A stretch of DNA of 64,000 nucleotides from a virus. Lineage: Duplodnaviria; Caudoviricetes. A model generated the notes under the pieces. That model saw nothing but the letters and a program-made list of their open reading frames with translations, made no database searches and was not told where the DNA came from. Positions 19,995 to 29,707 of the stretch are shown here, in pieces. The stretch spans positions 60,388-124,387 of the IMG/VR virus record IMGVR_UViG_3300033075_001196; one strand, 5' to 3'. Each line of letters opens with the position of its first letter. Position 1 is the stretch's first letter. The translations under genes were made by a program, and so were the position numbers.

Positions 19995-21227
19995 TTATTT
20001 AAAAAATTCATGTTTAATAACAGTTTTACCAGTGTCCATAGTGGATAATTTTATAAAATGTGCCTTATATTTATCAAAAACTTTTTGTGGAGTTGTCCCA
20101 TTTTCATATGCCTTAACCATTTCATCAACTGCTCTCAACAATAAAAATGTATCTGAGTTAGTTACTTGCTCTAAGAAATATGGGTGACCTTCAACATATG
20201 AATTTATTTTATGCATCACATCTTTAAAGAACATAAAATTATGTAATACTACTGCGGCATATCCTTCTATAGTCCAATCTCTTAAATCTTCATATGTATA
20301 TCCCCCAATTAATAAATCGTCAAACGGAATTAAGTTAGGTAATAATGATTCTGAACCTTGTAATGTACTATCAGTGTGTTTTGAAACTTCCTTATTATTT
20401 GTTGCACGTTCTTTAGGAATATGTAATGATCCAAATGATGCGTTCTTAAAATTAACGTCATGATAATATAAACCATATACCACAGACCTACTTGGTGTTG
20501 ATGAATCCGTCAATACTCTCATTTCGGATCCGACATCATTCAAAGATTTTTGAAGTTGGCTTAGTAAGAAAAAATCAATCACTTTAGAAGTTCCTAAAAT
20601 ATGAATATATTTTCTATTTTTATTGTTTTGCTCCTTTCCCTGCAATAATGGTAATATAGATGAAAAGAATCTATATATACTTATACCGGCACCTCCTACT
20701 CCCCAGCCATCAAAATCATATTGTTTAACATTATCATACCATTTTTGGTATGTTATTTCATCATTACCTTGAATGACATTCAATAATTGAGTTTGTCCCT
20801 TTCTATTTTTTAAAAAATATTCAAAATTAGTTTTGCTTAATTCCAAACATTCATTGAATTTGCCATCATAAACCATTTTTGGTGGAATATCTAAATTCAT
20901 AGCGATATTAGAATTATTTTCTAACCAGTCTAGGATTAAAGGTCTCAATTTATCTTCCCATTTTATGGCGCCTGATGCTATTTGGAATCCTCCAGAATCA
21001 CCCATAGTTAATATCCCAGGTTGTTTCAATCCCCATTCTTCTGAAATATTTGGTTTTTTATAAAAATGACCACCAGTCATCAAAAAATATGGATGTCTAA
21101 ATAATTTAGGAAAATCTTCAGCATAAAATTTTATATTCAAATCATTGCGTAATCGCTTATTTTTTGCCATTGCTGAGCCAACATTACCCACAGAAAATGA
21201 TGGAAAATATATAAAATGTCTATTCAT
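19995..21227 (-). CDS. dpdA: TGT-fold DNA 7-deazaguanine transglycosylase (DpdA-like)
   Basis: MGDSGGFQ, NLDIPP, VIQG, GWGVGG, IHILG, DSSTP, HN motifs; next to queC/folE. Confidence 0.8.
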   Translation of the reverse strand: MNRHFIYFPSFSVGNVGSAMAKNKRLRNDLNIKFYAEDFPKLFRHPYFLMTGGHFYKKPNISEEWGLKQPGILTMGDSGGFQIASGAIKWEDKLRPLILDWLENNSNIAMNLDIPPKMVYDGKFNECLELSKTNFEYFLKNRKGQTQLLNVIQGNDEITYQKWYDNVKQYDFDGWGVGGAGISIYRFFSSILPLLQGKEQNNKNRKYIHILGTSKVIDFFLLSQLQKSLNDVGSEMRVLTDSSTPSRSVVYGLYYHDVNFKNASFGSLHIPKERATNNKEVSKHTDSTLQGSESLLPNLIPFDDLLIGGYTYEDLRDWTIEGYAAVVLHNFMFFKDVMHKINSYVEGHPYFLEQVTNSDTFLLLRAVDEMVKAYENGTTPQKVFDKYKAHFIKLSTMDTGKTVIKHEFFK

Positions 21228-21750
21228 TATTATAATTAATTAAATTTATTATTTTGTTCGAAATATCCTCAATTGAAACCTTCGCTGCAGTCTTATCTTT
21301 ATTGTAGCTAGTATCGCACATTGGCAATGTTTCATATACAATATTTAAGTTAGGATATAATATTTTTAATCTATTTGTTGCATCTTCTAATGCAGCCTTA
21401 TAAATAGAATATTTAACTTGATTAATATTATCAAATGATTGCCTTGCTTTATTTACTGACCCTAAAGTGATTATAGTTTTTGTAGGATCATCTCCAAAAC
21501 ATTCACATACTGTAAATAATGTTTCCAATTGTCCATAACCATCTGCATATGAATTATTTATACAACCAATAATATTAATATTAGGCGTAGATTTAATAAG
21601 GGATGAAATTTTATTTAAATTAGCTCGATCGGTTAGGTCAAATTGGGATCTATTAATTTCAATAACATCAATATTTAATTCTTTACAAATCTTAGCTAAG
21701 CCAGCCCCAATATCTCTAGAAGTACCAGTAATTATTAATTTTTTATTCAT
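21220..21750 (-). CDS. Short-chain dehydrogenase/reductase-like protein
   Basis: IITGTSRDIG Rossmann motif, INN, LGS, YSIYK (YxxxK). Confidence 0.75.
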   Translation of the reverse strand: MNKKLIITGTSRDIGAGLAKICKELNIDVIEINRSQFDLTDRANLNKISSLIKSTPNINIIGCINNSYADGYGQLETLFTVCECFGDDPTKTIITLGSVNKARQSFDNINQVKYSIYKAALEDATNRLKILYPNLNIVYETLPMCDTSYNKDKTAAKVSIEDISNKIINLINYNNE

Positions 21751-22552
21751 TAATTCTTAATTTTAATTCATCTAAATTACAATTATAATACTTTAATATA
21801 GCTGGAATTAATTCTCTCCTTCTAAATTCATCATAATGGCATTTTTCTCCGAGTTCACCTTTAATCATTTCATTAACCATCATTTTATTTTGTGGTACAG
21901 ATAATGGAAATATATTATATACTTCTGAAAATCCTAATTGGTAAAATATTCCCCATCTTCTAAAACATACAACACACTGTCCACACTTACCGTTTTCACC
22001 ACTTAAACAAGATGATGTTTGAATTAATTGTTCTTTAGTTACATATTCATGCTTTAAAGCCCATTCAATGACTTCAAATTTCCCAAATCCCATATCAGCA
22101 AATGGGAATCGTAATGTTATATCTTTTTGTAAAACATATTGCATTAAATTATTCCATTTATCAAGAAACTTATAATTTTTATCTGTGCTTTTTTCATGAA
22201 TTTCTCCTTGTAAAGCTCCCATCCATATTTCATCTGGTTGTTCTTGGCATGCAACCATTGTTGCCAGCAGAGCATTTCTTCCTGGAATTATGATATCTCC
22301 AGATAAACTGCCCTCTTTACCAATCAATTTTGAATTATTATCTAACCAATCGATTTTTTTAACTTCAACATCTACTCCAGAATCTTTAATAGATTGTAAT
22401 TCTTTATTCAAATAAGGTTGGCCTATATCATAAAAAATACACTTACAATTATAATTATTCTTATAATGATGTTTATATAATTGCCATAATAAAAAACTAT
22501 CTAACCCACCGCTATAGCAAATTATTATATTTCTTTTAATATCTGTTGCCAT
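21743..22552 (-). CDS. queC: 7-cyano-7-deazaguanine synthase
   Basis: SGGLDS PP-loop, IPGRN, SC..CGQCVVC Zn site. Confidence 0.88.
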   Translation of the reverse strand: MATDIKRNIIICYSGGLDSFLLWQLYKHHYKNNYNCKCIFYDIGQPYLNKELQSIKDSGVDVEVKKIDWLDNNSKLIGKEGSLSGDIIIPGRNALLATMVACQEQPDEIWMGALQGEIHEKSTDKNYKFLDKWNNLMQYVLQKDITLRFPFADMGFGKFEVIEWALKHEYVTKEQLIQTSSCLSGENGKCGQCVVCFRRWGIFYQLGFSEVYNIFPLSVPQNKMMVNEMIKGELGEKCHYDEFRRRELIPAILKYYNCNLDELKLRINE

Positions 22553-23061
22553 GTATATGCCCTTTTAACTTTAAAATGCTCAAATAATTTATTGAATTCT
22601 GTGTGAAATATATATGTATTAATGCAACCTTGTTCAGAACAATATTTCACATTATGTATATTATCATCGACATATATATTTGGATTATAATAATCTATAT
22701 ATTGATCTTTATTTTCATGTAAATTTAATATTTCTATTTTAAAATTAATTCCAAAAAAATGTCTATCTAAATTAATTTTTCTTGATTGCAAAAATTCTGA
22801 ACCGCAGGATGTAATTAATATAATATCATATTTTTTAGATATTATTTCCAATGATTCCCTTGCATCTTTAATTGGATTTAGTGATTTAAAATCATCTGAT
22901 GAGTTAAACTCAGCGTATATTCCTTCATAAAATAATTCTCCAATATGGTCAGATCTTAAACTTATTGATGGCCCAGTATAATTTTTATGTATTCTGGCCC
23001 AAGTATCAAATCCACCTGTCCAATCTAGTAATACATCATCTACATCTATTAGCGCATACAT
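22525..23061 (-). CDS. HAD-family 5'(3')-deoxyribonucleotidase-like protein
   Basis: DVDDVL, ITS, K, YVDD HAD motifs. Confidence 0.75.
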   Translation of the reverse strand: MYALIDVDDVLLDWTGGFDTWARIHKNYTGPSISLRSDHIGELFYEGIYAEFNSSDDFKSLNPIKDARESLEIISKKYDIILITSCGSEFLQSRKINLDRHFFGINFKIEILNLHENKDQYIDYYNPNIYVDDNIHNVKYCSEQGCINTYIFHTEFNKLFEHFKVKRAYTWQQILKEI

Positions 23062-23687
23062 TATAAAGATTTAATAAAATCATAAAACTCTTCTCTTGCT
23101 GCTGGGTCGTTTTTGAACGCCCCACTAACCTTTGCCGTCTTCATGGTGCTATTATGCTTAACACCTCTAACACAAGCGCATAGGTGATCACAACTAATTA
23201 CAACTGCTATTCCGCCATTTCCTTCACATACCTCATTTAAGTAATCATGAATCTGCATGGTTAAATTTTCCTGCACCTGTGGTCTTCTAGAAAACCATTC
23301 CACTACTCTATTCAATTTTGATAATCCAATTACCTTTGAACCTGGAAGATATGCAACATGAGCCTTTCCAATAAATGATAAGTTATGATGGGAACATATT
23401 GATTTAACATCTATATTTCCTTGGAAAACAATACCATCATAATTATTAATATTTTCAAATGCAGTTATTTTTGGAGGTGTTGTATAACATCCTGATATTA
23501 AATCGTTGACAAATGATTTTGCAACTCTTTTCGGAGTTTCTTTAGAATTTGGATCTTCTCTCCAATTTATTTTTAATGCATCTAAAAAATCACCATATGC
23601 TAATGCTGCGTTTTCTATTACGCGATTTTTTTCTTCGGTATTTAAATGAATATTATCATTTGCATACTTAAGTATTTTGTCTACCAT
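23061..23687 (-). CDS. folE: GTP cyclohydrolase I
   Basis: ETPKRVAK, CSHH, GLSKLNR, RPQVQE, HLCACVRGV. Confidence 0.96.
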   Translation of the reverse strand: MVDKILKYANDNIHLNTEEKNRVIENAALAYGDFLDALKINWREDPNSKETPKRVAKSFVNDLISGCYTTPPKITAFENINNYDGIVFQGNIDVKSICSHHNLSFIGKAHVAYLPGSKVIGLSKLNRVVEWFSRRPQVQENLTMQIHDYLNEVCEGNGGIAVVISCDHLCACVRGVKHNSTMKTAKVSGAFKNDPAAREEFYDFIKSL

Positions 23688-23757
23688 TAATCTTATTTAA
23701 TTATTTATATATTATATTAATAAATAATTTTCAATTAACCAAATTTAATTTATAATA

Positions 23758-24222
23758 TTATTTTCCAGTACTACCAAATCCTCCTTCACCTCTTGCAGTA
23801 TCAGATAATTCATCAACCTGTTCAAAGGATATTGGCATTATTTCTTCTAAATATATTTGTCCTATTCTATCACCAATAGAATATGGAAAGTTACGGTACA
23901 TCAGTGCTCCTGTCACATAATTGACTTCATCAGGTAGAACTTTGAATACGTATTTATAACTACCCCGATAATCTGAATCTCCAATACCTGGTGAATTTTG
24001 TTGTATAAGATCAGTTTTTGTTATTGATGATCTGGGTTGTAACATTACTCGGAATCTATCTGAGAATTCTAATGAAAATCCCAGATCAACTTCAAACCAA
24101 TCCCTTCTTATTCTTGTAATGTTTGCAGCATATACGTCCCAAGCTCCAGGATGCTCTGAGCCTTTGGTTGGTAATTTTGCATTAGGATGGATTAATTTAA
24201 TTTTTACTTGTACTGGATTCAT
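23758..24222 (-). CDS. dut: dUTPase (trimeric)
   Basis: PRSS, GIGDSDYRG, GDRIGQ, RGEGGFGSTG. Confidence 0.93.
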   Translation of the reverse strand: MNPVQVKIKLIHPNAKLPTKGSEHPGAWDVYAANITRIRRDWFEVDLGFSLEFSDRFRVMLQPRSSITKTDLIQQNSPGIGDSDYRGSYKYVFKVLPDEVNYVTGALMYRNFPYSIGDRIGQIYLEEIMPISFEQVDELSDTARGEGGFGSTGK

Positions 24223-25925
24223 ATTAATTTATTTATATTCTCTCTAACTTTTGTTAATGTTGTTTGATTATAAAATGTACCATCTTTGTATATACATTTC
24301 AACATATTTTCATCTGAAAATGCCTTCTCTTCAGATACTTCTGGTTCTGTTTTTATTTCTCCATTTTCATCTCTATATACAAATTGAAATCCCTTTAATG
24401 ATTTTTTAGTACCATCATCTGTTACTGGATCTTTGTAAATGTTAAATGATTTCATATGCGGATCTTTAAAACACCCATCATTCCAACAATCTTCTTCACA
24501 TCCCGCTTCACATTTGCCAATCTCACAAGGTTCAGAAGTTTCAATTTCAAACCAAGCACCTTTAATGGCCATTCCGATTGTGTCTCTAGTATTGTATTGA
24601 TATGTATAACTACCAATGCCTAATACTATATTGGTTGCAGCAAATCCTTTCGCAGCTAGTCTTTTATATATTTCTACTTGTCTAGCAGGTGTAATACTGT
24701 CACCATATATTGCTCCAATATGTGGATCTAATACCTTATATCCTTGTTTATTGATAGTTCCTCCAAAAATATCCCAAAGAAGTTCTATTACTCCTTTAAA
24801 TTCAGATTTATTAAATTCTTTACTTCTATTTACCATATAAATATCATCTCTAGAATCATGTTGTATTCTATAGATTTTACCATGTTCTACACAAAATCTA
24901 AACCCTTCTTCATAGGCAGGCCTTAAAATATTATTTCCAAAATCCCCAATATAATTACTTATATCAGGTAATTTTGATTTAGTACCACAAATAATATCGA
25001 CTGGATCACCGCTATCAGGTCTGATTACCAACTTACCATCCCTGGCCATAATAGCTTCTTTATTAGCTGGCAAATATTCAGTGATAAGCTTCCATAAATC
25101 AAATGTATCGCTTACAATTGATAAGATTCCTTTATCAAATATTTTAAGCCAATCAGCGATCATTTGTTGTTCACCAACTGTAAATATTTTAGTTGTACTA
25201 ACTGAATGTTCCGATGCATTAACTGAGTTAATACATACTTGATCATCTGGTTCACCATAATAATATCTTGCAGCTGGAATAGTTACTAAAGTATCAGATC
25301 CTCTAAAACTAGTAGCATGAGACAACCCAACTGTTATTTGATCATGTGGGTTCAATCCTCTGGCGGAGAAATCGTGGCACATAAAATCAACTAACCATAA
25401 ATTATCCGGGTCAGTTTTCGTCACCCATTCAATTGCATTTCTTTTATAAGCTAATGCTATAGTTGAAGAAACTGGCGCCTTCCATCTAACAGATGATAAT
25501 ATGGTTTCCAAATATAATGTTAACCAAGCAAATCCAGGTACTGTATTAATAAATACAAGGTGTGGAATATTTGCATTGGTTTCAATTCCTTCCTCTAGAG
25601 AACAGTATTGCATTGGCAGATACTGCAAATCATGGAGTTGTGAGAAATGATTTCCGGAATATTCTAATCCTAAATATAAAGCCATATCTTTAACAAATAT
25701 TAATGCTTCTTCTTTAGGTCGTTGAAAGAATGATTCTTCAAATAAATCATGTAACCATCTTATTGCAAATTGTTGCCCAAATGAAACAACCTTATCTGTA
25801 ATTGGTAAATACTTTAAACTCCTAGGTATTTCAGTACCATATAGTCGGGTTGTTCCTGGAGCTAGCATCTTTTTATGGCCTATTTTATAGCCATCTGTGT
25901 AATATAACGCGTTTGGTTTAAACAT
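24219..25925 (-). CDS. Nicotinamide phosphoribosyltransferase-like (probable Namat)
   Basis: TDGYK, HDFSARG, GSDT, ASEHSV, SIVSDT, VIRPDSGDP, IYGDSIT, KDPVTDDGTKKS. Confidence 0.92.
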   Translation of the reverse strand: MFKPNALYYTDGYKIGHKKMLAPGTTRLYGTEIPRSLKYLPITDKVVSFGQQFAIRWLHDLFEESFFQRPKEEALIFVKDMALYLGLEYSGNHFSQLHDLQYLPMQYCSLEEGIETNANIPHLVFINTVPGFAWLTLYLETILSSVRWKAPVSSTIALAYKRNAIEWVTKTDPDNLWLVDFMCHDFSARGLNPHDQITVGLSHATSFRGSDTLVTIPAARYYYGEPDDQVCINSVNASEHSVSTTKIFTVGEQQMIADWLKIFDKGILSIVSDTFDLWKLITEYLPANKEAIMARDGKLVIRPDSGDPVDIICGTKSKLPDISNYIGDFGNNILRPAYEEGFRFCVEHGKIYRIQHDSRDDIYMVNRSKEFNKSEFKGVIELLWDIFGGTINKQGYKVLDPHIGAIYGDSITPARQVEIYKRLAAKGFAATNIVLGIGSYTYQYNTRDTIGMAIKGAWFEIETSEPCEIGKCEAGCEEDCWNDGCFKDPHMKSFNIYKDPVTDDGTKKSLKGFQFVYRDENGEIKTEPEVSEEKAFSDENMLKCIYKDGTFYNQTTLTKVRENINKLI

Positions 25926-25929
25926 ATTT

Positions 25930-26802
25930 TTAAAATTCTATAATTACTGTTAAATTTTTTGGTTTCTCCGAAGTTTTTGTATTAATATAATCTAGACCTT
26001 TTGAGTTAGTTGTATACACACGATCGAATAATTCAAATAATTCAGGATCGGGATTGGGAATTGTCATATGACTAAATGCACAATACAACTTTCCAACATT
26101 TCTGCTTTTAAGTAACTTAGCTAATCCTATAACACTTCGACCACCAATACAAATATCATCAATAATCAACACATCTTTTCCTTGTAAATCTTGTTCATTT
26201 AATATTTGTGTCAATTTGCTTTCATTATTTTCATAGGTTCTGGATTTTGAGGCTGATATTAATTGGCCTTTCCATTTTAGTTTATCACAAATTTTAGTAA
26301 TCCATTTATAAGCTCCTGCATCTGGAGCTAATATGATTAAGTTATCTTTAATTCTACTATCGTAATATGTGCCGTGTAATGTCACATCAAATGAGTCATT
26401 TAGTAAAACTGGATATCTGTCTAAATCATTTTTTTTAATATCCCACAATACATTCAAAATAAATGAATAGTTATCGACAATTTCTACGTTATCAATTAAT
26501 GATTCCACTACCTCTGCATTATGTGGGTGAAATATTTTGAAATGAGCCTTTAAAGAATTTAAATGTTTGCATATTAATTTCAATCCAGGTGATTGATTTG
26601 ATTCAAATCGTTTATCTGCTTGGCCATCTAGTAAGCATGGAATTATGATATTGGGTTTCTCACCATTATGATTTGCAGCGTCTACATATTGTGTTAGATG
26701 CCATAAATCTTCATATGAATTGATTCTAAATTTCTGATAGAAATTATATGTTGGTTCCCATTCTACATATGCTGAACCGTCTGGATATTTGTGTATTTTC
26801 AT
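25930..26802 (-). CDS. Ribose-phosphate pyrophosphokinase-like (probable Adps)
   Basis: YPDG, QADKRF, PH, APDAGA, K.R, IIDDICIGG, TTNS. Confidence 0.9.
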   Translation of the reverse strand: MKIHKYPDGSAYVEWEPTYNFYQKFRINSYEDLWHLTQYVDAANHNGEKPNIIIPCLLDGQADKRFESNQSPGLKLICKHLNSLKAHFKIFHPHNAEVVESLIDNVEIVDNYSFILNVLWDIKKNDLDRYPVLLNDSFDVTLHGTYYDSRIKDNLIILAPDAGAYKWITKICDKLKWKGQLISASKSRTYENNESKLTQILNEQDLQGKDVLIIDDICIGGRSVIGLAKLLKSRNVGKLYCAFSHMTIPNPDPELFELFDRVYTTNSKGLDYINTKTSEKPKNLTVIIEF

Positions 26803-26838
26803 TTTTTATTCATGATTTTTTGTAAATTTATTTATTTT

Positions 26839-27009
26839 TTATATTTCTTTGAAAACATCACCTTGCATAAATCCATGAACATATGCCCGGCGTTCTGATT
26901 CTTCATCAACAAAAGGAAATAATGTCATGGCATTACCAATGGCCTGTTGGACTACAGGATCTGTATAATCATATTCAACAAGGCTGGGTATGGTATATTG
27001 TGGCTTCAT
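26839..27009 (-). CDS. Hypothetical 56-aa protein (not in ORF track)
   Basis: Manual translation MKPQYTIPSL...ERRAYVHGFMQG..; ATGA overlap with upstream gene. Confidence 0.55.
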   Translation of the reverse strand: MKPQYTIPSLVEYDYTDPVVQQAIGNAMTLFPFVDEESERRAYVHGFMQGDVFKEI

Positions 27010-27368
27010 CTTTTCTCTAATCTATATTTTTTAACCAATATTTCCAAATTTTCCAACGAAACATATATCCATAAAAACTTATCATATTTAAGGCCCAAAG
27101 TGCAAGATCCAATTTCACCAATTGGTTCACTCCAGGGTTGTCCTTTATTATATTCAAATCTATTACAGACTGTATTATGAGTTTTTCTTGTTAGATAAGT
27201 ATCAATCCATTCTTTAGGAGTTATTGTTGAATCTAAAGTTCTGGCATATCTATCATTTTTAACATCACATATTGATTTTATAGATAAGTTTAGAGCATCA
27301 TTGTATAGGTTTTTTAACAATAATATATCCAAATGTTTTGTTGAATACCAACCATTCCAATTTTTCAT
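27006..27368 (-). CDS. Hypothetical protein
   Basis: ORF in accessory run. Confidence 0.65.
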   Translation of the reverse strand: MKNWNGWYSTKHLDILLLKNLYNDALNLSIKSICDVKNDRYARTLDSTITPKEWIDTYLTRKTHNTVCNRFEYNKGQPWSEPIGEIGSCTLGLKYDKFLWIYVSLENLEILVKKYRLEKR

Positions 27369-27640
27369 ATTACAATTATTGAATTTGGATTAGATATAGT
27401 ACTAATATGGTCTGAATTTATTTCCTGAACTTTAATTTTACAAACCAGACTCCACCATTTTTTTGGATCCACTCCGGGTCTTACAACCTTCCAGCGAAAA
27501 TCATCAATAGATATTATTGTTCCTAGCGTGACATATCCACTCTTATTGAAAGCCACTCTAAGACCCGGTTCTAATAAAACTCCTGAATTGTCCCTAGGAA
27601 TATTTTCTGGAGGAAATTCTTGGTGTATTGATGTGTTCAT
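27365..27640 (-). CDS. Hypothetical protein
   Basis: ORF in accessory run. Confidence 0.65.
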   Translation of the reverse strand: MNTSIHQEFPPENIPRDNSGVLLEPGLRVAFNKSGYVTLGTIISIDDFRWKVVRPGVDPKKWWSLVCKIKVQEINSDHISTISNPNSIIVI

Positions 27641-27645
27641 ATAAT

Positions 27646-28017
27646 TTACTTTTTATGAGTGTTCCATGTAGATTTAATCTTCTTTATATATCCATGTTGA
27701 GCAACCTTTTCATCAGAATCATATTGATCATACAAAAATGGTTTTTGTTTTAAAACTGATCTTAATGATCTATGCACATCATTACCATTATTAAATAATT
27801 TTGATGATGGTGATGCATCAATAAATGCACCATCTAATCTATTCCAATATATTAAAGATTGATAAGGATATTCATTTCCAAAAGATAATTTTATTTCAAC
27901 AGTATCTCCTGGATATAATCTATTACCAAAATCATCCTTACAAAGATAATATCTTTTTTTAAATTGTCTTATGTTCATACGATTTAATATAAATTTGATT
28001 TTCTGATTATATCCCAA
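27646..28017 (-). CDS. Hypothetical protein (YopX-like D..G..LY.GD motif)
   Basis: CKDDFGNRLYPGDTV. Confidence 0.5.
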   Translation of the reverse strand: MGYNQKIKFILNRMNIRQFKKRYYLCKDDFGNRLYPGDTVEIKLSFGNEYPYQSLIYWNRLDGAFIDASPSSKLFNNGNDVHRSLRSVLKQKPFLYDQYDSDEKVAQHGYIKKIKSTWNTHKK

Positions 28018-28409
28018 GTAGAAATGTTTGTGATATAAATAATTTTAGTTTCAATATCTGGCATTAAATACGTTGCCCGTATTTTAAATTTAAATTTAGC
28101 ATTAAATTCTTGTTCGAATACAGACATCAATGCCACACCACGGGGAGTGTCTAAAATTTTAACATCTCCATAAATTCCATCTTCTTGAATATTAAGGTTG
28201 GTAATTATATGGGAAACATTCCTCAGATCTATTATTGAAATCATAGGTATTATATAATCGTCATCTAATAATTCACCTATCAATTGTCCTTTATTAGCTA
28301 ATATATTACATTCATCTATTAATGATTGAATATTAGATTTGTCAACACTAGGCCAAATAACATTTTTAAAATCTGTCAGTTTTATATTTTCAAGTTTCAT
28401 CTGGTTCAA
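27984..28409 (-). CDS. Prohead-protease (gp21)-like protein, apparently catalytically degenerate
   Basis: LIGEL..IDLRNVSHIITNL..IYGDVKILDTPRG. Confidence 0.65.
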   Translation of the reverse strand: MNQMKLENIKLTDFKNVIWPSVDKSNIQSLIDECNILANKGQLIGELLDDDYIIPMISIIDLRNVSHIITNLNIQEDGIYGDVKILDTPRGVALMSVFEQEFNAKFKFKIRATYLMPDIETKIIYITNISTWDIIRKSNLY

Positions 28410-28824
28410 ATTTAGCCTTCAATCTTAAATACAATTCCTTTTGTTTTGATTCTTCCAACCTTTCTTTTTTATATATTTCTGACTGCCTTTCGGCATATTG
28501 GTCATCAGTTTCTATTGTATATCTTCCAACTTGAATTATAAAATACCATACAAGTCTTGGTGGATCAAATGGATCATCATCCCACATTCTAGCTCCTTCT
28601 TCCTGAGTCCAACCCATTTGTGATATTTCATCTGTTGGTAATAATTTACCTGATGACAATAAGGCTGATAATCCATTATTAAAAACTTCAATTGTTATAC
28701 CTTCTTTATAATCATAACCACCAAGCATTTTAATATTATGGAATGTAAATACTTTGATTTTATTTTTTGAGCTTTGATCATAACCAGTTGTCGATAGCTC
28801 AAAATCTATAACATTTCGGCTCAT
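28390..28824 (-). CDS. Hypothetical protein
   Basis: 144-aa ORF. Confidence 0.65.
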   Translation of the reverse strand: MSRNVIDFELSTTGYDQSSKNKIKVFTFHNIKMLGGYDYKEGITIEVFNNGLSALLSSGKLLPTDEISQMGWTQEEGARMWDDDPFDPPRLVWYFIIQVGRYTIETDDQYAERQSEIYKKERLEESKQKELYLRLKAKFEPDET

Positions 28825-29282
28825 ACTTCAAATAATTCTGAATTTAGCATGACTCTGGCAAAATTAACATTACTATCAATTTTATTTTTATGATATCGGT
28901 GAAATCCTGGTCTTGCTCTTAACGGATGAATTAATCTATCAGCAATTCTTTCCCGAATAATATTAGAAGACTCTAGAGTAGGCTTCCAATCACCCTTTAA
29001 TTCGCTTGGAAACTCCCCTAGGTCAATTTTTGTGGAATGCCTTATATTTCTATTACCCAATTCTTTATTCACTGCCAGAAGGCGTCTATTTAAGTAATAT
29101 AACTTATTCTTAAAGAAGTTTATATGACCTTTTCCAATATTAAATACTTCTGGGATTTCAGATTTAATTTGATATCCATTTTTTCTTAATCCTCCAGTAA
29201 TCATTGTAATTTCTACAGATTCAGCAATCAAATGCTGATCGGATAGATATACTGGATTAATACCTATATTCACTCTTGCCAT
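28821..29282 (-). CDS. denV: Pyrimidine-dimer DNA glycosylase (endonuclease V)
   Basis: MARVN..LSDQHLIAE..EI, GKGHINFFKNKLYYL.RR. Confidence 0.88.
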   Translation of the reverse strand: MARVNIGINPVYLSDQHLIAESVEITMITGGLRKNGYQIKSEIPEVFNIGKGHINFFKNKLYYLNRRLLAVNKELGNRNIRHSTKIDLGEFPSELKGDWKPTLESSNIIRERIADRLIHPLRARPGFHRYHKNKIDSNVNFARVMLNSELFEV

Positions 29283-29302
29283 TTTAAATTGATTTTAAAC
29301 CA

Positions 29303-29335
29303 TAAAGATAATATAAATTATTTAATATGACCAAA
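29303..29335 (-). promoter_or_regulatory. Bacteroidota-type promoter (TTTG-N21-TATCTTTA)
   Basis: Fits the -33 TTTG / -7 TAnnTTTG architecture; upstream of denV. Confidence 0.65.
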
Positions 29336-29360
29336 TTTTTAAAAATTTATTCCATTTCAT

Positions 29361-29702
29361 CTAGCAGACTTTAAGGGTTATCAAATCCTTACATGCTTGT
29401 ATTGTCTTACAATCAGACAAACGATAATGAGTGCCTTGTATATGAGACCAACGATGCGTTAGATTCATATGTTGATTATCAATAGCGCAACAATAATAGA
29501 AGGGAGATTGTGAATTTTGCCAAATCCTTCCGATGGAAATATCATTTTTATAAACCTCTATTGATTCAGAAGCTACACCATTAATTCTAAAATCTGGATT
29601 TACCTTGTGCTTATATATTATTTCATCAGTTAAAAATCCATTAATTAATGGATACATTAATCCTGCAATTGCAATCGACGATACAAAATTCCTTCTATTC
29701 AT
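29361..29702 (-). CDS. Hypothetical protein with twin-arginine-like N-terminus
   Basis: MNRRNF + hydrophobic segment. Confidence 0.55.
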   Translation of the reverse strand: MNRRNFVSSIAIAGLMYPLINGFLTDEIIYKHKVNPDFRINGVASESIEVYKNDISIGRIWQNSQSPFYYCCAIDNQHMNLTHRWSHIQGTHYRLSDCKTIQACKDLITLKVC

Positions 29703-29707
29703 ATTAA

